Shown here: one piece after another, positions 26,662 to 40,821 of the stretch
How the letters are laid out: every line of letters starts with the position of its first letter
Numbering within the stretch: the stretch's first letter is position 1
Origin: Octopus vulgaris
Taxonomy: Eukaryota
NCBI GenBank assembly: GCA_951406725.2
Contig: OX597821.1
Coordinates: 46,190,001-46,254,000, forward strand
Direction of reading: 5' to 3'
Length of the DNA: 64,000 nt
Notes under the pieces: model-generated
Databases searched by the model: none
Seen by the model: only the letters and a program-made list of their open reading frames with translations
What the model was told of the DNA's origin: nothing
Program-made: the position numbers and the translations under genes

Positions 26662-28476
26662 AGGGTAAGTGAAATACTGAATGAACAATTCAAGAGTGTT
26701 TTCACTCCACCCCTTGGGCATTTCCAAATCAGCAATCCAACTGACTTCTTTACCACTGCAGATATAGAATCAGAGGCGGCGACGATAAGTTACATCGAGA
26801 TAAAGGAAGACGATGTAATATATAGATGAAATGAAAATAGACTCAGCTACTGGCCCCGATGGATTCCCGGCAATCCTCCTAAAAGTATGTAAGAGAGTCT
26901 TAGCAAGACCACTGCAGTCCCTCTTTCAGAGCTTCCTTGCAGCTGGCAAACTTCCAAGGGGACTGAAGGAAGGTAAAATATGCCCTATTCATAAAGGAGG
27001 TAGCAGAGCGGAGGCAAAGAACTACAGACCTATCTCTCTGACCTCACACATCAGCAAGGTCATGGAACGAATAGTCAGAAGGAAACTAATCACCTTCCTT
27101 GAAGAAAATGACTTGCTGCCTGACACCCAACATGGTTTCCGACCAGGAAGAAGCTGCTTAACTCAGCTCCTGCAGCACTATGACTGGGTGCTGAAACAAC
27201 TGCTCAACCACTCAAATGTGGAAGTCATATATCTCGACTTCGCAAAGGCCTTCGATAAAGTCGATCACGGAATGATATGTCACAGGCTGCGTGATCTTGG
27301 CATAGTTGGAAAACTAGGAGAATGGCTTCACGACTTTCTGAAGAATAGAAGTCAGGTGGTAGTAGCCAATGGGGCCACTTCCATTAACACGCAAATAATG
27401 AGTGGTGTTCCACAGGGCACTGTTTTGGGACCACTACTGTTCATAATGGCCCTCTCAGACATGCCCTCAGCCACGCAGAGATCCACGATCACAAGTTATG
27501 CAGATGATACAAAAGTTTCACAGGCAATACAGAACCCTGAGGACACTAAAAACCTGCAATGTGAGCTGGACGAAATATACAAGTGGGCTGAAAAGAATAG
27601 CATGCAGTTCAATGCTGGAAAGTTTCAAGCCTTATACTATCAGCATGCAAAACTGAATGCAATACCCAATGAATACACTGGACCCGGAGGGATTGCAATC
27701 CCAGAGGCACAATCAGTGCGTGACCTGGGTATTCACATGAGTGATGACGCGACCTTTCATGTACATGTTGCTAAACTGACAGTGAAATGTAGACGGCTGG
27801 CTGGCTGGATTCTTCGAACCTTTAGAACAAGAGAACAAGAAACCATGATGGTCCTCTGGAAGACACTTGTCCTAAGCCACTTTGACTATTGCTCTCAGCT
27901 ATGGTCACCATCCAGTGTCAAGTTGATCACAGAACTTGAGGCGATCCAACGAAGCTACACAAAGAAGATAGCCTCTATGCAGAATGTAAGCTACTGGGAA
28001 AGACTCAAGAGATTAAAATTATACTCCCTGGAGCGTAGGCGGGAAAGATATGCCATAATATACATCTGGAAGATCCTGGAGGGAAGTGTCCTGAACTTTG
28101 GCATCGAGAGTTACACAAATGCCAGAACTGGGCGCCACTGCGTGGTGCCTAGGACTCCAAACCTGCCATCAAGATGTAGGACAAGATTCTGTGATAGCCT
28201 GGGCTTCCGAGGCCCACAGCTCTTCAATATCCTCCCGAAGAACCTGAGAGACCTGCATGGGGTGGATACAGATGTCTTTAAAATGAAGCTGGATCTCTTC
28301 CTGTCTGGTGTCCCAGATGAACCAACTTCACGGCAGGAGGGGCAGATGAGGGCAGCTGCATCGAACTCTCTCATGCACCAAATAGCAGTTGCTAGAAAGC
28401 CCCCATGAAGTAAAACCAAGTAACAACACCAAATGGCGGTGCCCCAGCATGGCCACAGCTCATAGGCTGGAACTGG

Positions 28477-28508
<32 letters not shown>
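26662..28508 (+). mobile_element. 5'-truncated CR1-group LINE family A with (AATC)n tail
   Basis: Near-identical to the 3' part of 16211-20296; both ends abut (TA)n. Confidence 0.95.
26831..28408 (+). CDS. Uninterrupted RT plus C-terminal part of LINE ORF2 (525 aa, endonuclease missing)
   Basis: [60 protein letters not shown]. Confidence 0.9.
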   Translation: MKIDSATGPDGFPAILLKVCKRVLARPLQSLFQSFLAAGKLPRGLKEGKICPIHKGGSRAEAKNYRPISLTSHISKVMERIVRRKLITFLEENDLLPDTQHGFRPGRSCLTQLLQHYDWVLKQLLNHSNVEVIYLDFAKAFDKVDHGMICHRLRDLGIVGKLGEWLHDFLKNRSQVVVANGATSINTQIMSGVPQGTVLGPLLFIMALSDMPSATQRSTITSYADDTKVSQAIQNPEDTKNLQCELDEIYKWAEKNSMQFNAGKFQALYYQHAKLNAIPNEYTGPGGIAIPEAQSVRDLGIHMSDDATFHVHVAKLTVKCRRLAGWILRTFRTREQETMMVLWKTLVLSHFDYCSQLWSPSSVKLITELEAIQRSYTKKIASMQNVSYWERLKRLKLYSLERRRERYAIIYIWKILEGSVLNFGIESYTNARTGRHCVVPRTPNLPSRCRTRFCDSLGFRGPQLFNILPKNLRDLHGVDTDVFKMKLDLFLSGVPDEPTSRQEGQMRAAASNSLMHQIAVARKPP

Positions 28509-30317
<1,809 letters not shown>

Positions 30318-30769
30318 ATTAGAAGAATTGGGGGTGATGTACAGATTTTTATACATATGAAAGAAAAAGGCGTTCATAATGCTGGATAGTTGTATATAAA
30401 AAGAAATATGTATTTAGTTACATATCACATATTATTTCTTCAAATTACATATTTAAGTGCCTTCAACTACTACTGTAGTGATGAAACTACACACAGACTT
30501 ACACATACATGACATAGCAAGAAAGAGTGTATAGTTAAACCGATGCATGTGATTGACTCCCTGAAATAACTCATTCTAAACTATTTTCATGCCACATACG
30601 TGGAAGCAAGAAACATCAAGCATAGCTTAGTTTGTGAAATTTTAAGGATATTATAAACTACACGTTCGTTGGGAAGAGACAGCGACCACTTAATGTCCAC
30701 GTTGGTAGATAATATAAACACTATGATAGGAGATGTAGGACAACTTTTCTCTTTCTTTTCTTCTATTAA

Positions 30770-31570
30770 ATCGGTCAAGAAGCGTAGAATTGTGAATGAA
30801 CTTTGTTAACTGGTCGGCATTGTGATTAACTGGCGTGTACGTTCAATACGTTGTTGTATCGGGGCGGAGGTGGTTCAAACACTTTTCTTGTTTATCTCTC
30901 TATTCTTCGTCTTTCGTCCTCCCTGTTTCTATCATGAGGCTAAAATAAAATGCTTGATCGAATATTGATTCTCAAACCTCTTAGCATGCCCTTTTGAACA
31001 TCATTTTCAAAATTCTAACAATTTTTCAATCATCCTCTCGATATTTACCATCTTTCTCTTCTATTCCGCTTCTCAATGCATTTTTCTTCGTCGCCTCCTT
31101 GTCCTTCTTTCCTCTTTTTCTCCTCCTTGTACCAACTTATTTATTCCCTCTGTCTTTCTCCTTCACTTTCCCCCCGTTTGTCTTTCGCTTTTCTTAACTC
31201 TACTACCATCCTTATCACCATTTTCTCTTCTCACCCTGGCACCGAACTCTTTTACACTGACCTCCTCTAAGTTATGTTTGCGTTCGGTTGAAAGTGGCTG
31301 CATTATTCGTACGATGTAGAGACATTGTGTCAAATACAATGCACACACACACACACATGTATATGTCTGCAGTGGTGAAATGTATAATTCTGTTATATTC
31401 ATGGTCTTAATATGTACCTGTGATTTTTCGTCTTATCACTTTTCTACCATTATTTAGTGAGGGAGGAGAATGGAGAGATAACATTGAAATGGTGGCCGCC
31501 ACTTCCACTGATTATCTTGTTGCTCTCTCTCTCTCTCATGGATGTGTTGAGAGTTTCTGACGGCGAAATA
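30770..31570. promoter_or_regulatory. CpG-enriched candidate promoter region
   Basis: GC box GGGGCGGAG at 30861, long pyrimidine tract, AAATGGTGGCCGCCACTTCC (YY1/ETS-like) at about 31487-31506. Confidence 0.3.
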
Positions 31571-32229
31571 AGCTAAGAAATGAAGTTGCTATGGAAACTG
31601 ATGTTGATGTGGAAGATTTACCTTTCTTCCTGTTATTACAAAGTGGTGGATTGGAATAATTGGTTGAATAGCGGACATGATTTGGTTACGTCCCTTGACA
31701 TTGCGAGTTCTAATTCCGTCGAGGTTGGCTTCTCAAAGCAATCTACTGTCAGTTAAATCGACGGCTTTGTGTCTAGCTGACGGTGGATTGGCACAGCTAG
31801 AAGAACAGATATATTCAGTTAATATTCCTTTCTTTACATGAATTCAAGTTCTGCTGAGGTTGGCTTTATCCTTTTAGTGAAGATAAAGTACCAGTCAATA
31901 TTAAGGTTCATTAAATGAGTTATACCTCTCCCAAAATTTTGACAGTGTGCAAAAGACAAGATCATGTCTCACCAGTTTCATTTTTATTCAGTGCTTTCAC
32001 TACACGAGTGCAGCTCTGTAGACTTCAAATATATGATGTGTTTTGTTTAGGTTTTGTAGTTTCTATTGTGTTGATGGTATTCTGTATGTAGTACCTGGTG
32101 CTGCTTTGTGTATGCTGTGCTAATCTGTAGTCTTGGGATCTTTTTGCATGTTATAATTATTCTCAAAGCGCCTATTATTATAGGAATTCTTTGTTTTCAG
32201 CCACCACAATTGACCATCTCTATTTTGAT

Positions 32230-32440
32230 GGGTGAATGCTGGAAGAATGGCCCGTGTGAAAGGACCAGTTCTGAGCATGCACCTATAAACAAAAGAAGGG
32301 CTCTTGCCCTGTTGTTCAGGCACCAGTGGCTTTTGTCGGTTTCTCCACAAGGTCCTTAAAGTGCCTCCCCTATTGGGAGTTTTGTTTAATTTTAATTGTT
32401 ATTGTTTCCACATTGTAAAACCCATTGTGTTGTATCTGGG
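32230..32440 (+). mobile_element. Tx1/L1-group LINE 3' end fragment
   Basis: Homologous to 35795-35980 (GGGTGAATG..GGAAGAATGGCC, CTCTTGCCCTGTT, CCTTAAAG.GCCTCCCCTATTGGGAG). Confidence 0.7.
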
Positions 32441-32844
32441 GAGAGTCATTTTCTTTTTGTGCCTTATAATGTAACACACTCACCGGTAACATTTCCACTT
32501 ATTTCTTATTTTTATTTTCCTAAAATCCATCCATACAAACATGGTACATAGTTGCATAACACATACACAGACATGCACATACAAGGAGACAGAGGTGCAT
32601 ATATATACAAACACATGCTCACACACACGTACATAGAAAATACACAAACACGGACATGCAAGCACAAATATGCAGGATACATACATACAGATGCACTCAT
32701 ATATACATATGCATACACACACATATATACATACAAACACATGCAAACATACACACATATGTACATGGCTGCATGTATAGGCACACACACACACACACTG
32801 ACCCACACACAGGCACACAAATAAACAAAAGGGAACGCAGTGTA

Positions 32845-33205
32845 AATAAAATATCTGCAAACTGTTGGGGGTTTCCAAAAAGCATTTTGTAAAAGACTTT
32901 ATAAGAACTTACTCGTGGGACACCCACATCAAATAATGAAGAGACCACCTCACCATCAAACAGCGTAAGTAGTGCTCTCTATTGATTTATTTTGACATGG
33001 TCATACATTATAAGGCACAAAAAGAAAATGACTCTCCCCAGACACAACAGAATATGCTTCTACACACGAACTCATATAAAGAATCTTTCAAACCAAATCC
33101 AAAAACGAAAACCCATTGTATTGTCCTGTTTTTGTCTTTTATGTTGTTATATGTGTTTTAATATAATTTTATGCGAGCTCTTGTGGCCAATAAACGAATT
33201 AATTA
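32845..33205 (+). mobile_element. Internally deleted Tx1-family derivative (pre-ORF2 segment joined to the 3' tail)
   Basis: 32848-33008 is near-identical to 34342-34500; ends in CTTGTGGCCAATAAA. Confidence 0.6.
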
Positions 33206-33207
33206 TT

Positions 33208-33430
33208 AAGGCTGTGAGTTGGCAGAATTGTTAACTTGCTGGGCAAAATGCTTTGCGAAATTTCGTCCGTCTTCATATTCTCAGTTCAAATTCCACTGAT
33301 GTCTACTTAGCCTTTCATATTTTCAGGGTCAATTAAATAGGTACCAGTCATGCACTGGTATCGATGTAATCGACTTAACCCCTTCCCCCAAATTTGAGGC
33401 CTTGTGCTTCCAGTAGAAAAGATTATTATT
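33208..33430 (+). mobile_element. tRNA-headed SINE with (ATT)n tail
   Basis: AAGG..GTGAGTTGGCAGAAT...AGTTCAAATTCC...GCCTTTCAT...GTACCAG...GATGTAATCGACTTAA. Confidence 0.8.
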
Positions 33431-33434
33431 GTTA

Positions 33435-33680
33435 TCATCATCATCATCGTTTAATGTCCGTTCTCCATGCTAGCATGGGTTGGACGGTTCGACCGGGGAT
33501 CTAGGAAGCCAGAAGGTTGCACCAGGCTCCAGTCTTATCTGGCAATGTTTCTACAGCTGGATGCCCTTCCTAACGCCAACCACTCCGTGAGTGTAGTGGG
33601 TGCTTTTTATGTGCCACCTGCACAGGTGCCAGGCGAGGCTGGCAACGGCCACGGTCGGATTGGTGTATTTTACGTGCCAT
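33435..33680 (-). mobile_element. RTE-type 3' end with (GAT)n tail
   Basis: Same family as 7476-7652 and 50100-50421. Confidence 0.8.
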
Positions 33681-33729
33681 CATTATTATTATTGAATATT
33701 TTTTTTTTAAAAAAGGAGCAGAATGAGCC

Positions 33730-36060
33730 ACTCAACAGCTGATACGGCACTAAGACCAGTATGAACCAATAAAACCTATGTTACTCTAGGAAAACGCTTC
33801 AGCACTGTGGAAGTGCGTTTTGCCACTGAACAAGAAGTAAAACAACATTCCACAGTGCCATTAAAAACTGATGAATTGCTGTTCATGCCGGCTTACAAGA
33901 ATTAAAATTGGGGAGGTGCCCCCAGAATTAAATATATGCCGGCTAGTGGCAGCTGTCCTCTTAGACAAAGAGGACACTGTGGGTCAGGGGATGGAGCTGC
34001 TTGTTGAAATTGAACAAGAGAACATAAATTCCATCCCTGACTCGATAGGCCTGCCTGATGACACTGAGCTGCACGTTGCTATGGAGGGTAAGAGGGCAAG
34101 ATGCTATTTATGCAGTGACCAGGGCCACCTCAGGATCTCCTTCCTTAAAGAGAAAAAGGAGAGGCGACTGGCCCTTGTGCTGGCACCGGCACCAGAGGCA
34201 CCTCCAGCACAGCAGTAGATACAGTGGCAGCAGGAACTAGTGGTCACACAGACACTACCATAGAAAGCATTTTTTCCCTACACACAATGCACCACCACCA
34301 CACATACAAATCATAAAATTAAAACAAAACATATTAAAATCAAAATATCTGCAAACTGTTGGGGGTTTCCAAAAAGCATTTTGTAAAAGACTTTATAAGA
34401 ACTTACTCGCAGGACACCCACATCAAATAATGAAGAGACCACCTCACCTTCAAACAGCATAAGTAGCGCTCTCCTTTGTTTTATTTTGACATGGTCATAC
34501 TCAAAATTCACCTTAGAAACAAGGTCACTTTTTAAATGACCTGAGGTCCCTTAGTGTAGACGTAGCAGCCATTAGTGAAACCAAACTTTCCAACCCATGG
34601 GATCTCACTGCCCTTTACTGTGGATATGAGATTTTTCTATCTCCTTGTTGGCTGGGAGGGAGTGTGGTGGTACTGCAGTACTTTTCTGGAAAGGTCTGGA
34701 TTTGAAAATAAAGGCAATCTTACTGGATCCAGAAGGTAACTTGGTGGTCCTAGATGTGAACAGCAGTGATGGCGGTGCCTTCAGACAGGTGGCTGCCTAT
34801 GCTCCGACAGGGGCAGGGCGGTCTAATTACTTCAAGCATCTGGAGGTTTTCCTGGGAACGTTTCAGACTTTAGTGGATTGGAACACTATCTTTGATGGAC
34901 ATTTTGATTGCATGGGAGTATCTGGTAGGAGAGGTGGGTGCAAATACCTCAAAAACCTGCTCAGACATTTTCAATTGTCTGACAGGTACCGACCAGATAA
35001 CCCAAATGTGGCAATGTAGACATATTGGGTCATCTAGATTGTATTTAAATAGAGTATTTTGTAGGCCAGCAGATAAGGATAGCATAGGTGGTCCACAATT
35101 TCATTTAGTTGGCTAGACAGACCATGAATTTGTGATCTGTATGGCCGACTTAGATAGCCTTTGTAGACAGGGTCCCAGCTACTAAAAGTTGAACACATTA
35201 TTACTGGCATGTCAAGCTTACAGAGACCAGATTAGCATTTTAGTTAAGAGAGCATTGACAGGCGCAATGGTTTGCTCTTAGAAGGGCAATTAGAGTAGAA
35301 TTGATTAGGTTTAGTTAAGTTTTAGTAGTAGAGAGAAATAGATTAGAGGGAGATTTTGTTAGGAAGTTAGATGAGGCACTTAGGGACAGGCATCACAACC
35401 GACGTGTTGGCAGTGAGGTTGGCCCTCAACCAATTTTTGACATCAAACATGAAGGCTGCATTGTCAGAGCTAAGGTACATTGACTAAGTGGGGAAGGAAT
35501 AAAAGCTGCTTGATGGGCCTGAGTGGCAGAGGCAAAATGTGGCAACAAAGCCACCATTTGGTCTTTGGTGGACCAGAACAGGTACGAGGTTTTTGAACCA
35601 AAGCAGATGTGTGCAGCCTTTCAGCAGCACTTTCCTTGACTGTTTGGGATGAATGGTAGGATGGATAGCAGGGCAGACTTCAGCATCTACCTGAATGGCC
35701 TGCCATGTCTCTCAGTGAGCAAGGCGGAGTTTCACTTGAAGAGGAGAGTGAGGGTGGAGAAGGAAGTGTTGCCTTCTGGCAGGTTTGTTGAAAGGTGGGT
35801 GAATGTTGGAAGAATGGCCAGTGTGAAAGAACCAATTCTGTGCATACACCTATGAAGAAATAAGTGCTCTTGCCCTGTTTATTAGGCATCCAAAGCTGTT
35901 GTGGATTTTTCCATGAGGAACCTTAAAGCGCCTCCCCCTATTGGGAGATTCATTGATTAATTCTAATTGTTTTATTGGTTTACTCTTTTGTGTTGTCTTG
36001 TATGTTTGTTGCATGTAATTTTATGTACATTTATATTAGCCCTTGTGGCCAATAAAAGAA
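33730..36060 (+). mobile_element. Decayed Tx1/L1-group LINE with internal deletion (ORF1 knuckle, APE, then ORF2 C-terminus and 3' UTR)
   Basis: RCYLCSDQGH knuckle-like motif; APE motifs DPEGNLVVLDV, AYAP, SRLYLNRVF; jump at about 35730 to FHLKRRVRVEKEVL; tail CCCTTGTGGCCAATAAA. Confidence 0.8.
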
Positions 36061-36089
36061 TGAATTATTATATTATTATTATTATTATT

Positions 36090-36850
36090 AAGGTGGCAAG
36101 CTGGCAGAATCATTAACATGCCGGGCAAAATGCTTTGCAGTATTTTTGTCTGTCTTCACATTCTGAGTTCAAATTCTGCCGAGGTCAAATTTGCCTTTCA
36201 TTCTTTCGGGTGTCGATTAAATAAGTACCAATTACGCACTGGGGTCAATGCAATTGACTTAATCCCTTCCCCCAAATTTCAAGCCGTGTGCCTATCACAG
36301 AAAGGATTATTATTAAGGTGGCAAGTTGGTAGAGCCATTAACATGCCGGAGGAAATGCTTAGCAGTATTTTGCTTGTCTTTATGTTGAGTTCAAATTTTG
36401 TGAGATTGATTTTGCCTTTTATCCTTTGGGTGTTGATAAATTATGTAGCAGTGAAACACTAGAGACAATGTAATTAATTACACAAATTTCAGGCCTTGTG
36501 CCTTTAATAAAAATTATTATTATTATTATTATTATTACCATTATTATAAAGATGGCAGAGCTGACAATTGTTGGCACATTGGTCAACATTTTTAATGGCA
36601 TTTCTTCTGGTTTTTTACAATCTGAATTCGAATTTTGCTGAGGTCTGCTTTGCCTTTCATCCTTTACACAGTCAATAAAATAAAGTACCATTCAATTACT
36701 GAAGTGGATGCTAATCAACTTGCCCCCCCCCCTCCCATAAATTTGGGGTCAATTAAATAATGTACCTGTCAAGTACTGAGGTAGATGTAATCGACTAACC
36801 CCCTCTCACTGAAATTGCTGACTTTATGTCAGAATTTGAAACAATTACTA
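36090..36850 (+). mobile_element. Head-to-tail array of three SINE copies plus a partial copy, separated by (ATT)n
   Basis: Heads at about 36090, 36315 and 36548, each with GAGTTCAAATT/GAATTCGAATT and TTGCCTTT.ATCCTTT core. Confidence 0.85.
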
Positions 36851-38684
36851 TTAAATCTTGTGTGGTAACAAATGTTTACATATTACTTTTGTTTGGATTT
36901 GCTGCTAATTTTTTTCTCACACCTTGATGCCCACAAGACATTTCTGTCTTGTCTTATGGACCTGCTATAAAAAAAGGTGAGAGTTTTGTTTGGTAGGAAA
37001 AAGGCATTTTTGAATGTAGTTTGTTTTCCTCTTGTTTACATTAGCTCTAAATGGCTATAAGAATGGAAACAATGCATATCCAAGAAAAAGGCAGAAGTGA
37101 ATCCAGTTTGCGTAAGAGTAGAAAATAATATCTTACAGCAAGCTGCATACACTTTGCAAAAGACAAGAAACTAGTGTGAACAACTCAAGTGATATATTTA
37201 GTTATAATGCTCACACACACTCATGTTGTCAAAGAAATATGTCTGAAAGTTTTAAGTGTCAGCAGTGAAGGTGCAGATCTGGTTTTGTTCTTTCTTGGTG
37301 TTATCTACAACTGACAAAATTGAGATATGGACCAAGAAAAGTATTTGGCAGTACTGAAGCTTCCATACAAATACAAGAAAAAACCAACCAACATTTTTTT
37401 GGAGATGAGTGCTGTACTTAAATTTCAAAATGGTTTGTTTCTGGATGACTCTTTTTTGCTAAAGATGTTCAGTGACAAGTCCGGGTCTTGTTTTCAGATG
37501 ACGCATACCTAGAACTACATTGGCTAAAGTATCTTTTCTTTATTAACTTGAAGGGGTTTTGGTGGGGACTCCTAAGTATATAAGACCCTGTGAAGGTCTC
37601 ATCTGTATTAAGAAAAATGAGGAAGCTTTGATTTTACTAATTCATAGGTCTATGTAACTTAATAAATCACTGTTAGTCTTCTATAAATTTTTCATGTGGT
37701 CTTTTAAAGACATAGTCAGCAGACCATTTTAAATTCAACATTTCTGACATAAGGTCCTCCTCATCTTCTTTCTTTCTTTCTACAGAAAACTAAATGTCAA
37801 TCATATCCCTCCTACTGCCAGCCTGGTATAGGCTACAAGACCTGTAGACATTCTCTTTCTTGCATTAACAAAGTCTGCTAATACCTTTTGTGTGATTTTA
37901 AATGTCAGAACTTTTCATTTTGCTGTTTTGTGATACAGCATTCTGGTTAGTGAAAAATAAAACCAATATTTAGAAATCTCTGCCACCCATTTCTCCAGAT
38001 GGCTCATCTGAACACTCCCCTGTTGTTTGGTTGGTTATTATGTCAGATACTTTTACATTTTATATTCAGTATATAGCACAATTATACAGTAAATAAATTT
38101 CATTTCAGATAGATAATTATACATTTGACATTCATTAAGAGTGTATATTCCTACATATTATATACACACATACACACAGACACAATTTTAATATTTACTT
38201 ATTCTCACAAGAGCTTTGAAGTTTTACTCCCATTTACATTCTTCACAATCCTTTCTTTTTCTCTCCTTCACATCTCTTTATCACTTTTGTAGGATAATCT
38301 TACTCACATGGACCAATTAATTCATGTCTAGTATGTCAGTAGTAAAGGTCAGGTTCATAAGGAACTGCTCACACCTTAAAATGTACTTATTTTATTTGAT
38401 ATATATATAGTTATGTGTGTGTGTGTGTGTGTATAGATTGCAAAAAGATTAGAGATCTATAGAAGTTAAATTTTTATATATAAAAGATGGAGGTGGAAAT
38501 AGCACAGATGTCTAAGACATTTCAATTTATGAAGGAATTTAATAAAAATAATTTTCAAAGATTTTTATATAATTTTTCACAATAATTTTTATTAAATATA
38601 TATTAAAATTTATATATTAAAATTCTTTAAAAATAAAACCAAACTTCCTCGCCATATTCAGTTGGGACACCCTGTATCACTTAT

Positions 38685-38872
38685 TGTATTTATTTATGCA
38701 CCCTTTTCAAGCCTAGCCAGGCTCATGGGCCCAGTTTCCCGGTTTCTGTGGCATATGTGTTACCCCCAGCTGGATGGAACGCCAGTCCATCGCAGTGTTA
38801 CTCAATAAGCAGTAAGAACAGATCCTCTGACCGCGAGTCCGCTGCCCTAACCACTGGGTCATTGCGCCTCCA
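38685..38872 (-). mobile_element. tRNA-derived SINE with 14-bp TSD
   Basis: Head GGAGGCGCAATGACCCAGTGGTTAGGGCAGCGGACTCGCGGTC; direct repeat CCTGTATCACTTAT at 38671-38684 and 38873-38886. Confidence 0.85.
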
Positions 38873-38891
38873 CCTGTATCACTTATACTTA

Positions 38892-39332
38892 CATTATTTA
38901 CATTTGACAGATATTTGTCCTCATATTGCTTGTTGTTAACACAATGTTTTGGCTGATATACCCTCCAGCCTTCATCAGGTGTCTTGGGAAATTTTCTCAT
39001 TCCTAAGGTATTTTTTGATATTATTATTATTATTATTTATTATTCAAGTCACTGCCTGGAATAGAACTCTGAATCTTGGAGTTAGTAGCCCATACTCTTA
39101 ACCATTACACCGTATGCCCGCGAGCAGTTATGGAGTGAATTTTAGGGCTTATAATAATAATAACATGGAAAAATACCTTAAGAATGAGAACCCAGGTTCA
39201 AAATGTCCTCAAGACACCTAATGAAGGCTGGAGGGTATATCAGCTGAAACATTGTATTAACAACAAAGATAAGGACAAATATCCATCAAATGTAAATAAT
39301 GTACATAGTTCCTTCTCTTAAATATAGAATTG
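38892..39332. mobile_element. Inverted pair of a tRNA-headed, hammerhead-motif short element with 12-bp TSD
   Basis: Minus copy 38892-39118 and plus copy 39151-39332; CACTTATACTTA at 38880-38891 and 39333-39344. Confidence 0.75.
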
Positions 39333-39361
39333 CACTTATACTTATTTTACAAATCATAATA

Positions 39362-39542
39362 CAGTTCTGTATTTAAGAGATGAAGAATTATGTACATTAT
39401 TTTTTTTTCGACAGATATTTGTCCTCATCTTGTTTGTTGTTAACAACAACGTTTTGGCTGGTATACCCTCCAGCTTTCATCAGGTATCTTGGGGAAATTT
39501 CGAACCTGGGTTCTCATTCCTAAGGTATTTTTCGATGTTATC

Positions 39543-39573
<31 letters not shown>

Positions 39574-39632
39574 TCACTTCCTGGAATCGAGGGGTTAGTA
39601 GCCCGAGCTCTTAACCACTACACCATATGCTC
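39362..39632 (-). mobile_element. Third copy of the tRNA-headed hammerhead-motif element
   Basis: Minus strand TATGGTGTAGTGGTTAAGAG...TCGATTCCAGG...(AAT)n...CCTGATGAAAGCTGGAGGGTATACCAGCCAAAACGTTG. Confidence 0.75.
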
Positions 39633-40821
39633 ATGGCCCACTCTAATGGATCCTTCTATCTACTACATATTACTAATATTTTATTTAAACAACCCAAGGG
39701 AAATAACATATACCACCTGCAGGTTTTAGTGAAGTGATCAATATTGTCACAATCAGCCGACCTAATTCTGCATTTCATGACTCAGTTTTGAAGTGCTAAG
39801 CATTCTTATTGCAGTTCCTTGATTTGAATCTAAAGATTTCATTCATACATTTCTATACATACATACTTTTTTGAATGCCCATTACTCCGATAATTCTGCA
39901 TTTTTACAGTTACACATTTGCGATGACAGTAGATAAATGTTTTATTCCACAACGTATTTGTAGTGGCTTCATGCAGGCATAGCATGGATTCGATCCTCTA
40001 TTGCCAAACTTCACTTAACACTTCAGCAATGCTTCTCATGGTAAAACAATAGTTTTTCTGTGAATAACAGCAGTTATGCATTTCCCAGATACCTTTATAA
40101 ACACACACACACACAAATAAATGATTATTCATATATACATGTAAATGGTTACATACAGGTACATTTGTACCTGTATGTAACCATAGACACTTAATAAAAT
40201 TTTCTGAATATACATTTAGAATAATGTGTACAAGGTAATAATACACTCTCATGTCTTTCATTAAGCAATTTCTTCTTAGATGTTAATATATGGTATAATT
40301 TATCCATACATAGTTTGTCTCTAGTCTTCATTATACTAAATGAATATATGTATAAATACATTGAGTTTATTTATTAATTAATTGATAATTATAATAATGA
40401 TGATAATAATAGATAGTTTTATTTGATCTAATAAATAAATTTAATAATCAAAATAATTATTGTAGTATGGTATAGTTTATTACTTGTATGCTTATTACAA
40501 CAATATTATTTTGTTAATTCTGAGAGAATTAATAAAATTTGAATATATACTATTTATAGTAATTTAATTTTAAAATAATATTATTTTATTGTGAGCAATA
40601 CTTAATACTTGCTCTGTTATTATTTAACTTTTACTTATTTGCAGAGTTCTCCCTTCCATAATATATGAATAATAATCTGGTTACTTCTACAAAACTTGTA
40701 ATATGTTAAAACTCTTTCTGGCTTGGAAACTGATTTGTGCTTATTGTCTGTTCCCCATATACTGGATTAATATTCCTCACACCTTCTGTTGTGTTGTTGT
40801 CTGTATTGAAACTCATAAAGC

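Noticed and set aside
38660-38676. Tc1-like TIR end GGGACACCCTGTA
   Set aside because: No matching partner TIR found nearby, so an element cannot be delimited.
39045-39118. tRNA gene (also SINE heads at 9520, 38872 and 36090)
   Set aside because: A/B-box-like motifs only; no complete cloverleaf is evident and they are embedded in repeat bodies.
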